This document shows, piece by piece, positions 26,720 through 27,030 of a stretch of DNA of 27,030 bases. The stretch comes from Gammaproteobacteria bacterium (GTDB taxonomy: Bacteria > Pseudomonadota > Gammaproteobacteria > Eutrophobiales > Eutrophobiaceae): positions 247-27,276 of the forward strand of contig JBMZNW010000002.1 of NCBI GenBank assembly GCA_049619915.1. The letters are read 5' to 3'. The notes under the pieces are model-generated. The model was not told where the DNA came from, did no database searches, and saw only the letters and a program-made list of their open reading frames with translations. The translations under genes were made by a program, and so were the position numbers. Position 1 is the first letter of the stretch, and every line of letters starts with the position of its first letter.

Positions 26720-27030
26720 TCAGGAAAGATAGGCTTTGATTTTAGCGTCAAATTTGCCTTGTGCTTTCATTATCAATTCGCAGACTTCTCTTACAGCGCC
26801 TTGGCCGCCGCGTTCTTCCGTAACCCAATCAGCATGTTCTTTAACTTCAGGTCTGGCATCAGCTACAGCAATCGGTAAGCCGACTTTTGTCATTGCTGGT
26901 AAATCAATCACATCATCGCCAGTATAGGCAACGTCATTTGCTTGGATACCGAGTTCATCAATAAGCGTCATTAATCTCGCGCCTTTATCTCTTTCACCTT
27001 GATAAACATATTTGATACCTAGGGATGCCA
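26720..27030 (-). CDS. kdsC: KDO 8-phosphate phosphatase (3' part; start lies beyond the window)
   Basis: Frame is open to the window edge (ASLGIKYVYQGERDK...), then AYTGDDVIDLP, AVADA, GGQGAVREVCELIM; canonical kdsC-lptC-lptA-lptB-rpoN order. Confidence 0.93.
   Translation of the reverse strand, partial: ASLGIKYVYQGERDKGARLMTLIDELGIQANDVAYTGDDVIDLPAMTKVGLPIAVADARPEVKEHADWVTEERGGQGAVREVCELIMKAQGKFDAKIKAYLS

Noticed and set aside
1-27030. CRISPR array, tRNA/rRNA, dif/pdif site, transposase or integrase
   Set aside because: No regularly spaced direct repeats, cloverleaf/rRNA signatures, XerD arm (TTATGTTAAAT) or recombinase ORF were seen on manual reading.

Overview
Chromosomal, AT-rich window from a Gammaproteobacterium. 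The assignment is inferred from gene order (Xanthomonas-like rpoN-hpf-ptsN-hprK-rapZ-EIIA-HPr-EI-mgtE, plus ilvE-zinc finger-LPS genes); no genus can be assigned. Most of it is housekeeping, almost all on the minus strand: an LPS core/O-antigen ligase cluster downstream of ilvE, rhodanese, tatABC, hisAFIE, polA, DUF2782, a GGCT/AIG2-like gene, mgtE, a permease-free regulatory PTS cluster, rpoN, lptCAB and the 3' part of kdsC. No rRNA, tRNA, CRISPR array, transposase or integrase was seen. The unusual material is mostly non-coding or small. (1) An accessory island at ~15020-16690 between the GGCT gene and mgtE: a ~975-bp segment bounded by inverted terminal hairpins, packed with GGA-loop hairpins resembling CsrA/RsmA sites and the TwoAYGGAY RNA motif. 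It encloses an orphan 3-TM gene with a palindromic att-like site and is followed by an apparently leaderless Phd/ParE toxin-antitoxin operon. (2) A 265-bp dumbbell-shaped MITE-like palindrome between hisE and tatA. (3) A one-base frameshift that removes the last 48 codons of the O-antigen ligase. (4) A strongly acidic linker in PolA. Functional interpretations of these are inferences, not database-confirmed results.
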